Shown here: piece by piece, positions 1 through 9,201 of the stretch | Layout of the letters: the number at the start of each line of letters is the position of its first letter | How positions within the stretch are numbered: the first letter of the stretch is position 1 | IMG/VR virus record: IMGVR_UViG_3300038312_000145 | Location: 1-58,513 of that record | Reading direction: 5' to 3' (one strand) | Length of the DNA: 58,513 nt | Source of the DNA: a virus | Lineage: Duplodnaviria > Caudoviricetes | Made by a program: the position numbers and the translations under genes | The notes under the pieces: generated by a model | Database searches by the model: none | What the model saw: the letters and a program-made list of their open reading frames with translations, nothing else | Told to the model about the DNA's origin: nothing

Positions 1-97
1 TAGAGAGGTTGGAATAACCTTGATAGCTTGGGTAAACTTGCTACAGTAGTAGTATTGACCAAGAAGCCATCCACTTCTATAAGTGGTGGTAGTTCAC
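1..97 (+). mobile_element. Right end of a second copy of the IS200/IS605 TnpB element (omega-RNA scaffold region)
   Basis: 1..103 is identical to 57235..57337. It contains the subterminal hairpin CCA-T-CCACTT-CTAT-AAGTGG-TGG and ends in TCAC. Confidence 0.9.
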
Positions 98-141
98 ATA
101 AAGATTTAATAGAAATAAAAATATATGATAGTTATGCAGAA

Positions 142-169
142 TAGAGCTGTAAAAGGCTCTTTTTATTTT
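142..169 (+). terminator. Intrinsic terminator
   Basis: AGAGCT-GTAAA-AGGCTCT-like stem plus T-tract; near-identical copy at 786..812. Confidence 0.6.
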
Positions 170-176
170 ATAGGTT

Positions 177-788
177 GTGTCTTACCACCAAAGGAGAACA
201 ATTATGTATAAAGGAAATGAAGAAAAAAGCTTTTACCGTGACGTTGCAGGAGAAATGAGTGAGATTAATATCTTGATTAAACAAGGAAAGGTAAGAGAAG
301 CATACAAATATTTTAATCAGGTATTAGACTTTTTCAGAAATGACTTTGATAAAAGCAAGTTAACTAATGAAAACATTATGGATTTTTCACATCAATATGA
401 GAATTTAATTAAATTAATAGATGCAGATTTATCTATTTTAACATCAAGGTATCATAATCCTAACGAAGACATAATTTTAAACAATTTGGATTACTACAAT
501 GAATTGTTACATATAGGATTTACGACACATCGCTATATCAGATTTGGATGTATAGGTAATATAGATGATTATTTACAAGTAAAAGCAAATGTTCCATCTC
601 AAAATAACATACATTCTCATTATGAATATGAAGTAAATTGGCAAGATAAATATAGAAGCATATTTTACTGGAAAGGCTTCAATAAGAAACAGCTTGAAGA
701 AGCAAACATATTTTATGACAAATTGAAGAAAAGTTTCAATGATGTAAAGCTATATAAGATAGTAACTAAATATGAATTTATAAAGTAG
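177..788 (+). CDS. Hypothetical protein (moron)
   Basis: 203-aa ORF with no recognised motif, flanked by duplicated terminators. Start codon uncertain. Confidence 0.55.
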   Translation: MSYHQRRTIMYKGNEEKSFYRDVAGEMSEINILIKQGKVREAYKYFNQVLDFFRNDFDKSKLTNENIMDFSHQYENLIKLIDADLSILTSRYHNPNEDIILNNLDYYNELLHIGFTTHRYIRFGCIGNIDDYLQVKANVPSQNNIHSHYEYEVNWQDKYRSIFYWKGFNKKQLEEANIFYDKLKKSFNDVKLYKIVTKYEFIK

Positions 789-812
789 AGCTAAAAGGCT
801 CTTTTTTATTTT
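786..812 (+). terminator. Intrinsic terminator
   Basis: AGAGCT-AAAA-GGCTCT plus T-tract. Confidence 0.6.
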
Positions 813-833
813 GCCCGAAAGGAGGACATTAAT

Positions 834-2378
834 TTGAAAAAAAGACAGAAAAAGAAAATTCAAGATAAATTAAATAAAACAAATAAACAAGATAAGAGAC
901 ATATAAAACCTCCTGCAGGGTTAACAAAAGATGCTTTTAGTAATGCTATGGCTAGAATAGGGTATAATACTTCAAACTTATTAGAAGCTACAGAATACCC
1001 AATTACAAGGCTGACAAAAGATTATGCTTTAATGAATAGCTTATATAGGTCTAACTGGATAGTAAGAAAGATAATAGATGCTATTCCAGAGGATATGTGC
1101 AAGAACTGGATTAATATAATTACAGAACTAGAACCAGACCAACTAAGACAAATACAAAGGCTAGAGAGAATCACGAAACTTAAATCTAAAATATTACAAG
1201 GTTTAAAGTGGGGCAGGCTTTACGGTGGTGCAGGAGGATTAATAATAATAGATGGCCATGAGGATATATTAGACGAACCTTTAAATTATGATGATATAAT
1301 GCCGGATAGTTTTAAAGGCTTATTCATAACCGATAGATGGAGTGGAATAACTCCAGGCCAAGAACTAATAACAGATATAAACGACCCCGAATTCGGATTA
1401 CCACTAAATTATGAAATTACAACAGAAGATGGACAGGTATTAAGAGTAGATCATACGAGAATAGTTAGATTTATAGGACGTAAACTTCCATACTGGGAAG
1501 AACTCGCAGAAATGCACTGGGGTGAATCCGAGGTTGAATTAGTATTTGAAGAATTAAAGAAAAGAGATAATACAAGTTATAACATAGCTACATTAGTGTT
1601 TCTAGCTAACTTAAAGGTACTTAAAGTAGGAGACCTTAGAGAAATGCTAAGTGTAGGAAATGATAAGGCAGCTAAAAGAGTTTACAATACAATACAATCT
1701 CAAAATCAGTTATTAAGTAATATGGGTATGCTCTTATTAAATAAAGAAGATGATTTTCAGACATTCCAGTATTCCTTTAGTGGATTAAATGATATATATC
1801 AATCCTTCATGCTAGATGTAGCTGGAGCCTGTGAAATACCAGTGACAAGATTATTTGGAAGAAGTCCTGCGGGTATGGATGCAACTGGTGAAGGAGATAT
1901 GCAAAATTATTATGACACTGTAGAAGAAAAACAGGAAACTCATTTAACACCAGTGTTTGATAAACTATTGCCTATACTATGCATGAGTGAATTTGGAGCT
2001 ATACCAGATGATTTAGACTATAGATATAATCCTATTAGAACGCCTAACGAAAGTGAAGTAGCAGACCTAGTAGATAAGAAATCAACCTCAATAAACAACT
2101 TATATCAATCAGGATTAATAAACCAGAAAATAGCACTTAAAGAATTAAGACAAATGAGTGATAGTACAGGAATGTTCAGCAATATTTCAGATGATGATAT
2201 TGAAAATGCGGATGATTTTACAAGTGAGGGAGAATTGGAGGACTTAAAGAATTATGGTAGCGAAAACAGCCAAGGACCTGTGGAAGCCGAAGAGGAAAAT
2301 CGAAAAGCAATACCAGAGAACATTAAAACGGGCGATGAAGATACTCCAAGGAAATTTAAATGGTTTAAAAAGTCCTAG
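834..2378 (+). CDS. Phage portal protein (DUF1073 type)
   Basis: Motifs YRSNWIVRKIID, WGRLYGGA, IPVTRLFGRSPAG; first gene of the head module; GGAGG RBS. Confidence 0.85.
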   Translation: MKKRQKKKIQDKLNKTNKQDKRHIKPPAGLTKDAFSNAMARIGYNTSNLLEATEYPITRLTKDYALMNSLYRSNWIVRKIIDAIPEDMCKNWINIITELEPDQLRQIQRLERITKLKSKILQGLKWGRLYGGAGGLIIIDGHEDILDEPLNYDDIMPDSFKGLFITDRWSGITPGQELITDINDPEFGLPLNYEITTEDGQVLRVDHTRIVRFIGRKLPYWEELAEMHWGESEVELVFEELKKRDNTSYNIATLVFLANLKVLKVGDLREMLSVGNDKAAKRVYNTIQSQNQLLSNMGMLLLNKEDDFQTFQYSFSGLNDIYQSFMLDVAGACEIPVTRLFGRSPAGMDATGEGDMQNYYDTVEEKQETHLTPVFDKLLPILCMSEFGAIPDDLDYRYNPIRTPNESEVADLVDKKSTSINNLYQSGLINQKIALKELRQMSDSTGMFSNISDDDIENADDFTSEGELEDLKNYGSENSQGPVEAEEENRKAIPENIKTGDEDTPRKFKWFKKS

Positions 2379-3096
2379 AGAGATATTAAGAGAAATAAAA
2401 AAGTTCTCTAACAGTCCTGAATTTGGAAGATTTGCAGAAGCCGAAGCTATGAAGATGGTAACTCATGTATTTACAGATGCAGGACATACATGGAGAGAAG
2501 CAGCAGCAGAGAACGGAAAAGGCAGTGAGATATATAAAGCATTGAAGAAAGAATTACAAGGCAATATAGGCAGTGCTGTAAGTAATCAAGTACAACAAAA
2601 TGCTACTTTAATTAAGACTTTACCGCAGGATGTAGCTAAAGAAGTTACACAATATATAGCAGAGGAAACTTTCAAAGGTAGAAGACCAGAGGATTTAACA
2701 AATGAAATAAAAGATTTGTTTGGCCATAAGGCACAAGTAAGAGCTAATACTATTGCTAGAACAGAAACAGGGAAAGCTGTATCTGCATTAAATCAGGCAA
2801 GGTCAGAAGACTTGGGATTATTTTGGTTTATATGGGAGTCATCGGAGGATGCGAGGGTTCGACCTGCACATCGATTAATGGATGGGGTTTTAGTTAATTG
2901 GCATGACTTACCTTCTCCAGAAGAATTAAACCACGAGAAAAGAACATACGGCAAATATGCGCCGGGTGGAATATTTAATTGTAGATGTTTCAGCAGTAGT
3001 GTAGTTAATATGGATTTTATTAAATTCCCAAGACGTGTCTATTATGGCGGGAAGATTCAAGTAATGAATAAAAAAGAATTTTATGATATAATATAA
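2254..3096 (+). CDS. Minor head protein (MuF / SPP1 gp7 family)
   Basis: RANTIARTET, DARVRPAH and PGGIFNCRC motifs; overlaps the portal 3' end. Confidence 0.9.
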   Translation: MVAKTAKDLWKPKRKIEKQYQRTLKRAMKILQGNLNGLKSPREILREIKKFSNSPEFGRFAEAEAMKMVTHVFTDAGHTWREAAAENGKGSEIYKALKKELQGNIGSAVSNQVQQNATLIKTLPQDVAKEVTQYIAEETFKGRRPEDLTNEIKDLFGHKAQVRANTIARTETGKAVSALNQARSEDLGLFWFIWESSEDARVRPAHRLMDGVLVNWHDLPSPEELNHEKRTYGKYAPGGIFNCRCFSSSVVNMDFIKFPRRVYYGGKIQVMNKKEFYDII

Positions 3097-3099
3097 TCA

Positions 3100-3183
3100 G
3101 AGGATAGATAAGGACTAATTACCCTTATTGAAAGACATTTTCCCAAGTGTTTTCCTCATTTAACAACTAAATATTTGGGAAAA
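3100..3183 (+). ncRNA. Candidate structured cis-RNA upstream of HNH gene
   Basis: GAGGA/TCCTC closing stem; ATAAGG/CCTTAT and ACAT/GTGT hairpins; TTTTCCCAA (3138..3146) is complementary to TTGGGAAAA (3175..3183). Confidence 0.4.
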
Positions 3184-3210
3184 ATCAAAACCTAGGGAGG
3201 GTTTATTGTT

Positions 3211-3765
3211 ATGCAAGAAATTTGGAAAGACATTGAAGAGTATAAAGGGTTATATCAAGTTTCTAATTTAGGAAGAATTAGAAGTATAACAAGGAAAGTA
3301 AAAAATGGTCATGGTTATAGACTTATCCAAGGTAAAATTCTAACTGATAGAATTGATAAAGGTGGATATAAAATGATTGATTTAAGAAATGGAAAAATAA
3401 AAAAGACTCATAAAGTACATAGATTAGTGGCAGAAGCATTTATACCTAATCCCGAAAATAAACCAGAAGTCAATCATAAAAAGGAATTTGAAAAATGGAA
3501 TAATCGTGTGGATAACTTAGAATGGATGACCTCAAAAGAAAACATGAATTATGGGACCGCGATTGAAAGAACAAAAAAGAAACTTTCAAAGATTGTTTAT
3601 CAGTATAATAGAAATAATAATTTAATAAAAAAATGGGATTCGGCTAACGAATGCAGGAAAAGTGGTTTTAGTAGTCGACATGTTTCCGAATGTTGCAAGG
3701 GGATAGCAAAAACCCATAAAGGATATAAATGGTCATATGAACCAATTTTAAAGAAAGCACTATAA
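3211..3765 (+). CDS. NUMOD4-HNH-NUMOD1 homing endonuclease
   Basis: EIWKDI..Y.GLYQVSNLGR, HRLVAEAF, VNH...N...NLEW motifs. Confidence 0.9.
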   Translation: MQEIWKDIEEYKGLYQVSNLGRIRSITRKVKNGHGYRLIQGKILTDRIDKGGYKMIDLRNGKIKKTHKVHRLVAEAFIPNPENKPEVNHKKEFEKWNNRVDNLEWMTSKENMNYGTAIERTKKKLSKIVYQYNRNNNLIKKWDSANECRKSGFSSRHVSECCKGIAKTHKGYKWSYEPILKKAL

Positions 3766-3809
3766 AAGGTGCTTTTTATTATGCAAAAAATTATTAGTAA
3801 GGAGTAATT

Positions 3810-4061
3810 ATGAGTATAAACATAGGAGATAATAATACATTCTTAGGAAATGTAAATTTAAAAGGAGAAAGTATGGACAAGGATATAGAGAAATTAAAGA
3901 AAATGAGAGACATTCTTAAAAAAAGTGCTGATATACTAAATGAACTAATAGTTGTCAGTGAAAAAGATAGCCCTACAAAAGAAGATGAAGAAAAGAGAGA
4001 AGATTTAACTGGTAAGTTCTTAGTACAATTAATAAAAATACAAGCATTAGGTATGGAATAA
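3810..4061 (+). CDS. Hypothetical protein
   Basis: ORF with AAGGAG RBS in the accessory cluster. Confidence 0.55.
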   Translation: MSINIGDNNTFLGNVNLKGESMDKDIEKLKKMRDILKKSADILNELIVVSEKDSPTKEDEEKREDLTGKFLVQLIKIQALGME

Positions 4062-4070
4062 GGAGGGAAT

Positions 4071-4389
4071 ATGAAAGTAGTATTAAGTGAAGAAGAATAT
4101 AAGAGCTTAAAGACTAAAGCAGATGGCAATAGTAAAGCAATGGTAGACTCACTAAAGCATTATTTTGAAAATAAAAAACCACTATTTTGTTTCTACATTT
4201 CTCGAAGCTATTCAATTAAAAGATTTAAGAAATGCAGTTACACTAGAAGATTTGATGATACAGTTTTACACAACAAACGATGAAAAACTAATAATGCAAA
4301 GAGAAGAAATATTGAAAGAAATACAGGCAGAACCTTTTGAAGATATTATAAAGAGATTAAATAAAAAATGTTGCAGTGTAAATTTATAA
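4071..4389 (+). CDS. Hypothetical protein(s): two overlapping ORFs 4071..4283 and 4165..4389, possibly one frameshifted gene
   Basis: Only the first ORF has an RBS; the second ends just before the next gene. Confidence 0.4.
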
Positions 4390-4393
4390 GGGG

Positions 4394-4648
4394 ATGAAGA
4401 AAATGTCTGATTTAACCGTAGGGCATGGAAGATTTGACAATGATAATCTTATAAACATGAGACCAGAGCATACAAATCCTATAAAGGTAGATAAACAAGC
4501 AGATAAAAACTATAAAGATTTTAAAAGAATAGAGAATATAATCATTCAAGCTTCAGGGAAAGCAGGAATTACACTTGAACAGGCTATAAAGTTTATGGAT
4601 GCTTTTAAAGAAGAAGACGAGAGAACAATAACCAAGGCAGGTGATTAA
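4394..4648 (+). CDS. Hypothetical protein
   Basis: ORF in a tightly packed cluster. Confidence 0.5.
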   Translation: MKKMSDLTVGHGRFDNDNLINMRPEHTNPIKVDKQADKNYKDFKRIENIIIQASGKAGITLEQAIKFMDAFKEEDERTITKAGD

Positions 4649-4650
4649 TA

Positions 4651-4896
4651 ATGTCTAAATACTTATTAAATCTATTACCATACATAAAACTATACTTAAT
4701 AAGTGCTACAGCTATTAGTATTGTATTTATAATCTTAACAATTATATTTTTACATAATCGAAATAAAGCATATAAAGAACATAGAGAACAAATGAAGAAA
4801 CGTAAAGAAAAATTTATGAAAGAATGGAACAAACACTTCACTCAATTTGATATACCTGAGAGTGAAGAAATTCCAATGCCTAAAAAGACAGTTTGA
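4651..4896 (+). CDS. Small membrane protein
   Basis: One hydrophobic helix followed by a basic tail. Confidence 0.55.
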   Translation: MSKYLLNLLPYIKLYLISATAISIVFIILTIIFLHNRNKAYKEHREQMKKRKEKFMKEWNKHFTQFDIPESEEIPMPKKTV

Positions 4897-4928
4897 AAAA
4901 ATAATGTGATAAATTAGGAGTGATTAAG

Positions 4929-5081
4929 ATGCTAGCAGAAATAACAGGGCCACCAGCGGAGGTACTCGGGAATAACGGAGACACTATGCCAACAGAAAAT
5001 ATTCCAGAGGGCTCGGGATATATAAATGTGGACAATGGGAATACTTATGTTTGGCATATAGATAAATGGTATCCAGTATAA
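4929..5081 (+). CDS. Hypothetical 50-aa protein (not in ORF track)
   Basis: AGGAGTG RBS; MLAEITGPPAEVLG...WHIDKWYPV. Confidence 0.55.
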   Translation: MLAEITGPPAEVLGNNGDTMPTENIPEGSGYINVDNGNTYVWHIDKWYPV

Positions 5082-5093
5082 GGGGGTGATAAT

Positions 5094-5726
5094 TTGGATG
5101 TAACAATATGTGAAGTATGCAATGGAACAATATCTTTAGATAAAAGTATACCAATAAACTCTCTTAATAAGTCTTTAATAGAAGTGATTCGGAAAGAGCA
5201 CCCTAACATATTAGAAGAAGGAAGTATATGTTTAGAGTGCTTAAATCATTATAGAACGTGTCATTTAGCAGATGTATTAAAAGTAGAAAAAGGCAATCTT
5301 ACAGATATGGAAAAGAATATTGCAAAGAGTGTCCAGAAGAGAGAAATACTTTCTAAAAACATCAATGATGAGTTTGAAGAAAATTTATCATTTGGAGATA
5401 GGCTTGCAGATAAAGTCGCAGACATAGGCGGTAGTTGGGGATTTATTGGATTATTCGCACTTGTAATATTAGCATGGCTATTTATAAATACAGCACATTA
5501 CTTTTATCATTTTGACCCTGCGCCTTATGGAAAGCTAAATTTGATTTTATCATGTTTGGCGGCATTTCAATCTCCTATAATTATGATGTCACAAAATAGA
5601 AAGGCATCAAAAGACAGAATGTTAGCAGAACATCAATATAAACTTAATTTAAAGATGGAACTTGAAATGCGCAGGATGCATGAGAAACTAGATTTTGTAA
5701 TGAATAAGCTAAATAAAGTAGCTTAG
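5094..5726 (+). CDS. DUF1003-family membrane protein
   Basis: GDRLADKVA.IGGSWGFI, FDPAPY..LNL.LSCLAAFQSPIIMMSQNR motifs. Confidence 0.85.
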   Translation: MDVTICEVCNGTISLDKSIPINSLNKSLIEVIRKEHPNILEEGSICLECLNHYRTCHLADVLKVEKGNLTDMEKNIAKSVQKREILSKNINDEFEENLSFGDRLADKVADIGGSWGFIGLFALVILAWLFINTAHYFYHFDPAPYGKLNLILSCLAAFQSPIIMMSQNRKASKDRMLAEHQYKLNLKMELEMRRMHEKLDFVMNKLNKVA

Positions 5727-5741
5727 GAGGATGGAAGATAT

Positions 5742-6320
5742 ATGGAAAAACTAAAATTAGGCCGTCTATGTATAAATGATAATTGCATAGATAGTGACTG
5801 CAATTTAGAATTCAGACTAGAAAAAGGGAAAGAGTCTATAAAAACAGAAATTGAAATAGGATGTTATTGGCGTTCTTTATTTACTAATGAAGTGCTAAAA
5901 GACAAAGAGAAATGTAAAGAAATTTGCAAAGGAATATTAAAAACTATAATTCATTTTTGCCCTTTTGAAATTATGACTTATAAAAATGTTATTAAAGAAA
6001 ATACTATTGAATTTGTATTAGCTTGCTATGGTTTTAAATTAGTTGCTATTTTACATACAGATTATTTAGATTTTCGTAATAAACAAATGGCACATGATTT
6101 AATTTTAGATTTTTTGGAGGATAAAGAAGAAGTGGAAAGTAAAGAGGATATTGAAGATAAAAGGAAATTTCATGTTACACTAAGAAATGGTAAGGAATTA
6201 TTGACTATATCTAATATGAATTTGCATGAAATATATAAGATGATAGGTACTAAGGACTTAGTAGAAATAGGTGACATTATAATAAATAGTGGAGATATAT
6301 TATATATAAAACAAATATAG
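5742..6320 (+). CDS. Hypothetical protein
   Basis: ORF with GGAGG RBS. Confidence 0.55.
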   Translation: MEKLKLGRLCINDNCIDSDCNLEFRLEKGKESIKTEIEIGCYWRSLFTNEVLKDKEKCKEICKGILKTIIHFCPFEIMTYKNVIKENTIEFVLACYGFKLVAILHTDYLDFRNKQMAHDLILDFLEDKEEVESKEDIEDKRKFHVTLRNGKELLTISNMNLHEIYKMIGTKDLVEIGDIIINSGDILYIKQI

Positions 6321-6324
6321 GGAG

Positions 6325-6516
6325 GTGAGTAATATGCCGCTTAAGCCAGGAAGTTCAGAGAAAACAATAAGTAGTAATATAGGAGAATTGATAAGAGCAG
6401 GGCATAAACCTAACCAAGCCGCCGCGATAGCCTACAGTAAAGCAGGAAAGAGTAAGAGTAAAGATGGTGCTATGTCAGGGATGAATTCAATAGTAGATAA
6501 TACAAATGTATGGTAA
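6325..6516 (+). CDS. Conserved small phage head-module protein
   Basis: [24 protein letters not shown]...QAAAIAY motif, typical of DUF2213-type head modules. Confidence 0.6.
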   Translation: MSNMPLKPGSSEKTISSNIGELIRAGHKPNQAAAIAYSKAGKSKSKDGAMSGMNSIVDNTNVW

Positions 6517-6788
6517 AAGGAGAAAAAATGAGTTATATAATAACGCCATTGGCAGAAGATTTAATGGAAGATACCATAAATCAGATAGTCAATAATATAA
6601 AGCATTATATAGACATTGCTAAAGGGGAACAAGAGGCATCCATGGCATATATGTGTTTTACAAAGGACATATGCTTTCCTAATGAAATAATAGCCGAAAG
6701 AGTACAAGAAATTTATAGGCAGAAAGGATATTACATTAAATATATAGAAGAAGGCTCTTGGGCTATAAGATTTATTTTACAATGGTAA
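6510..6788 (+). CDS. Hypothetical protein
   Basis: ORF followed by a terminator-like hairpin. Confidence 0.5.
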   Translation: MVKGEKMSYIITPLAEDLMEDTINQIVNNIKHYIDIAKGEQEASMAYMCFTKDICFPNEIIAERVQEIYRQKGYYIKYIEEGSWAIRFILQW

Positions 6789-6831
6789 GCCTTAAAGGGC
6801 TTTTTTATTTTGCATGGAAGGAGATGAATAC

Positions 6832-6990
6832 ATGAAATATTCTTATACAGCTGGTGATGTAACTGTTGCTTATGAAGCAGATACACCAGAAGAAATAAAG
6901 ACTCTGGTGGGTACACTCGAAGATATCAAACAACCGCCTATTATATTAAATCAAACTATTTATAATGGCAAGAAAGAAAATACTAAATAA
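6832..6990 (+). CDS. Hypothetical 52-aa protein (not in ORF track)
   Basis: AAGGAGA RBS; MKYSYTAGDVTVAYEADTPEEIK... Confidence 0.5.
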   Translation: MKYSYTAGDVTVAYEADTPEEIKTLVGTLEDIKQPPIILNQTIYNGKKENTK

Positions 6991-7001
6991 GGAGACAATA
7001 T

Positions 7002-7151
7002 ATGCAGGCAATAAGATGTAAGGAATGCAATAAGGCATTAGTAGAAGCAGAGGGGACTTGTACTATAAGAAAAAAATGTCCTCGATGTCATAAATATAAT
7101 GTAATAAAGATTGATGGTAATAAAATCATAAAACATAATATTGAAGATTAG
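7002..7151 (+). CDS. Mu Com-like zinc-finger regulator, 49 aa (not in ORF track)
   Basis: MQAIRCKECNKAL...IRKKCPRCHKYN: two CxxC pairs with Com-family spacing; AAGGAG RBS. Confidence 0.75.
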   Translation: MQAIRCKECNKALVEAEGTCTIRKKCPRCHKYNVIKIDGNKIIKHNIED

Positions 7152-7160
7152 CGGTTCTTT

Positions 7161-7212
7161 GCGACCCATTATTTTAGATTAATTCTAAGATGGTGGGTCG
7201 CTTTATTTTTTT
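7161..7212 (+). terminator. Strong hairpin plus T-tract in front of the capsid operon
   Basis: GCGACCCATTATTTTAGA / TCTAAGATGGTGGGTCGC followed by TTTATTTTTTT. Confidence 0.7.
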
Positions 7213-7237
7213 GCTCAAATTGAAAGGTGGTGAGAAA

Positions 7238-8671
7238 TTGAGAGCTTATTTTGGAAGCCCTATTTCACCTAATATTACTCAAACACCAGACGGATTCTAT
7301 ATATGTAAAAATGTTCCAATTGCCCGTACTGGATGGTATCAATATTTAAGACGTGAGGTAGGAGCAGAGGGAAATCCTGACGAGATGGTAGATGTTTATA
7401 GAAGCCCAGAGGAAGTCTTCAACTCTGCGGCAATAGCTTCATTTAATGGTAAACCAGTTACTAATGAACATCCACCAGATTGGGTTACACCAGGCAACGC
7501 AAAAATTTACATGAAAGGTTCAACCCAGAATATAAGACGTTCAGAAACAGAACCGGACTTATTATTAGCAGATTTAATAGTTTATGATGCAGATTTAATA
7601 AGACAAATTCAAGAAAACCAAAAAAGAGAAGTTTCTTGCGGATATGACTGTACTTACGTAGATAACGGAGACGGTACATATTCACAGAAAGATATATGCG
7701 GTAATCATGTAGCTGTCGTACAAGCAGGCAGAGCAGGAGACCGTGTAGCAATTAAAGATTCTGAAATAAAGAAGGGAGAAAAAAATATGCCAAGTAAAAT
7801 AAAATTACCAACTAAGAAACATTCAAGAGTAACTGACATTTTAGCTTCCATAGGATTAAAGCATTTTGCAACAGATGCAGACCCAGAGGAAATAATGGAC
7901 GCTGTAGATGCTATGGCAGAAGAAAAAGGGGCAGCAAAGGAAGAGGACAAAAAATCTAAAGATGAAGAAATAGAAAAGAAAGAAGAGTCTAAAGAGGAAA
8001 AAGACAAGAAATCCAAGGACGAAGAACCAGGAGTAACTCAGAAAGTAGGGGAAAAGCTTGATAGGCTTACAGATGCTATCTCTAAGATGTATGAACCAGA
8101 AGGAAAAGACGAAGAACTTCCAGCAACAGGGCTTGAGGCTAAGATAGATAGACTTACATCTGTTATAGAAGAGCTTGTTAAATCAGATAAGATGGTGCAT
8201 AAACAAATGAACCCAGAAGACGCAATAGATGAAGTTATCAAAGAAATAGAAACTCCAGAGGAACATGTAGAAGAGGATGAAGATATTCCGGACGAAGAAG
8301 AAGTAACAATTGCACCAGAAGACATTACAGACGAAGCACCTATCTCAAAGCCAGAGGAAAGGCCTAAGAACCCTTTAGGCAGTCATGATGATGCTATAGC
8401 TCTTTTAAAACAATTAAAGCCAGCAGTAGCAAAAATTCAAGGCAAAGAAAATAGAAAATTAATGAGTGACGCTCTTATGAACAGCGTAAAAACTCTTAAA
8501 GGTCTTCCAATTAAAAAGAGTAATAATTATTCTTCTATTATTAAAGGGCAGCAGAAAATAGCACAACAACATCAAAGCAAAGATGCAACACAGAAACAAA
8601 AAGAATTTGATGAGTTAGGCAAAAAGATAGCTGAACAATATAATCCACATTATAAGAAAGAAGGTAAATAA
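7238..8671 (+). CDS. DUF2213 prohead protease/scaffold
   Basis: VPIARTG, VYRSPEEVF, REVSCGY, NHVAVV.AGRAG motifs; acidic scaffold C-half. Probable TTG start at 7238 after AAAGGTGGTGA; internal RBS plus ATG at 7787. Confidence 0.85.
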   Translation: MRAYFGSPISPNITQTPDGFYICKNVPIARTGWYQYLRREVGAEGNPDEMVDVYRSPEEVFNSAAIASFNGKPVTNEHPPDWVTPGNAKIYMKGSTQNIRRSETEPDLLLADLIVYDADLIRQIQENQKREVSCGYDCTYVDNGDGTYSQKDICGNHVAVVQAGRAGDRVAIKDSEIKKGEKNMPSKIKLPTKKHSRVTDILASIGLKHFATDADPEEIMDAVDAMAEEKGAAKEEDKKSKDEEIEKKEESKEEKDKKSKDEEPGVTQKVGEKLDRLTDAISKMYEPEGKDEELPATGLEAKIDRLTSVIEELVKSDKMVHKQMNPEDAIDEVIKEIETPEEHVEEDEDIPDEEEVTIAPEDITDEAPISKPEERPKNPLGSHDDAIALLKQLKPAVAKIQGKENRKLMSDALMNSVKTLKGLPIKKSNNYSSIIKGQQKIAQQHQSKDATQKQKEFDELGKKIAEQYNPHYKKEGK

Positions 8672-8673
8672 TT

Positions 8674-9180
8674 ATGCCAGGTAGTTCAATAGGAAAGATA
8701 TTAAATTTAGGATATCCAGGAACAATATCAAGACAAGTTGATGCAATAATTACTAATAGACCAGTATCAGGTGATAGCGTAGCTTTTGGCGATCCAGTTA
8801 TTTTAAATACAGACAACACTTATAGTAAATTTGGTGCTAGTAATGTACCAGCAGATTTTGCAGGAATAGCAATTAGAGAAGTAAAACAATCCACAGATTA
8901 CTATCCAACTACAGGAAGCTATTCAGATGGAGACCCTTGTGATGTAATTTCAAGAGGTTCAGTTGCAGTTTTATGCAATGTAGGAACTCCAACTGCAGGC
9001 GGCAAAGTTTATTTGAGAATAGTAGCAAATGAAGCTATTCCAGCTGGAGTTGTTGGGGGATTTGAAGCAGCAGCAGACAGCACAAATACAATAGAACTTA
9101 CTAATTGCAAATTTACCACAGGGGATTTAGACACGAATAAAGTAGCAGAAATTTCAATTCTTACAAGGAATAGACCTTAA
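8674..9180 (+). CDS. Capsid decoration/cement protein
   Basis: Position between scaffold and MCP; VAFGDPV, DFAGIAIR, AGGKVY motifs. Confidence 0.7.
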   Translation: MPGSSIGKILNLGYPGTISRQVDAIITNRPVSGDSVAFGDPVILNTDNTYSKFGASNVPADFAGIAIREVKQSTDYYPTTGSYSDGDPCDVISRGSVAVLCNVGTPTAGGKVYLRIVANEAIPAGVVGGFEAAADSTNTIELTNCKFTTGDLDTNKVAEISILTRNRP

Positions 9181-9201
9181 TAGGAAGAAGGAGGATAAAA
9201 C

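Noticed and set aside
1-103. Phage terminal repeat or circular overlap
   Set aside because: The match is to an internal IS end at 57235..57337, not to the window end, and the flanks differ.
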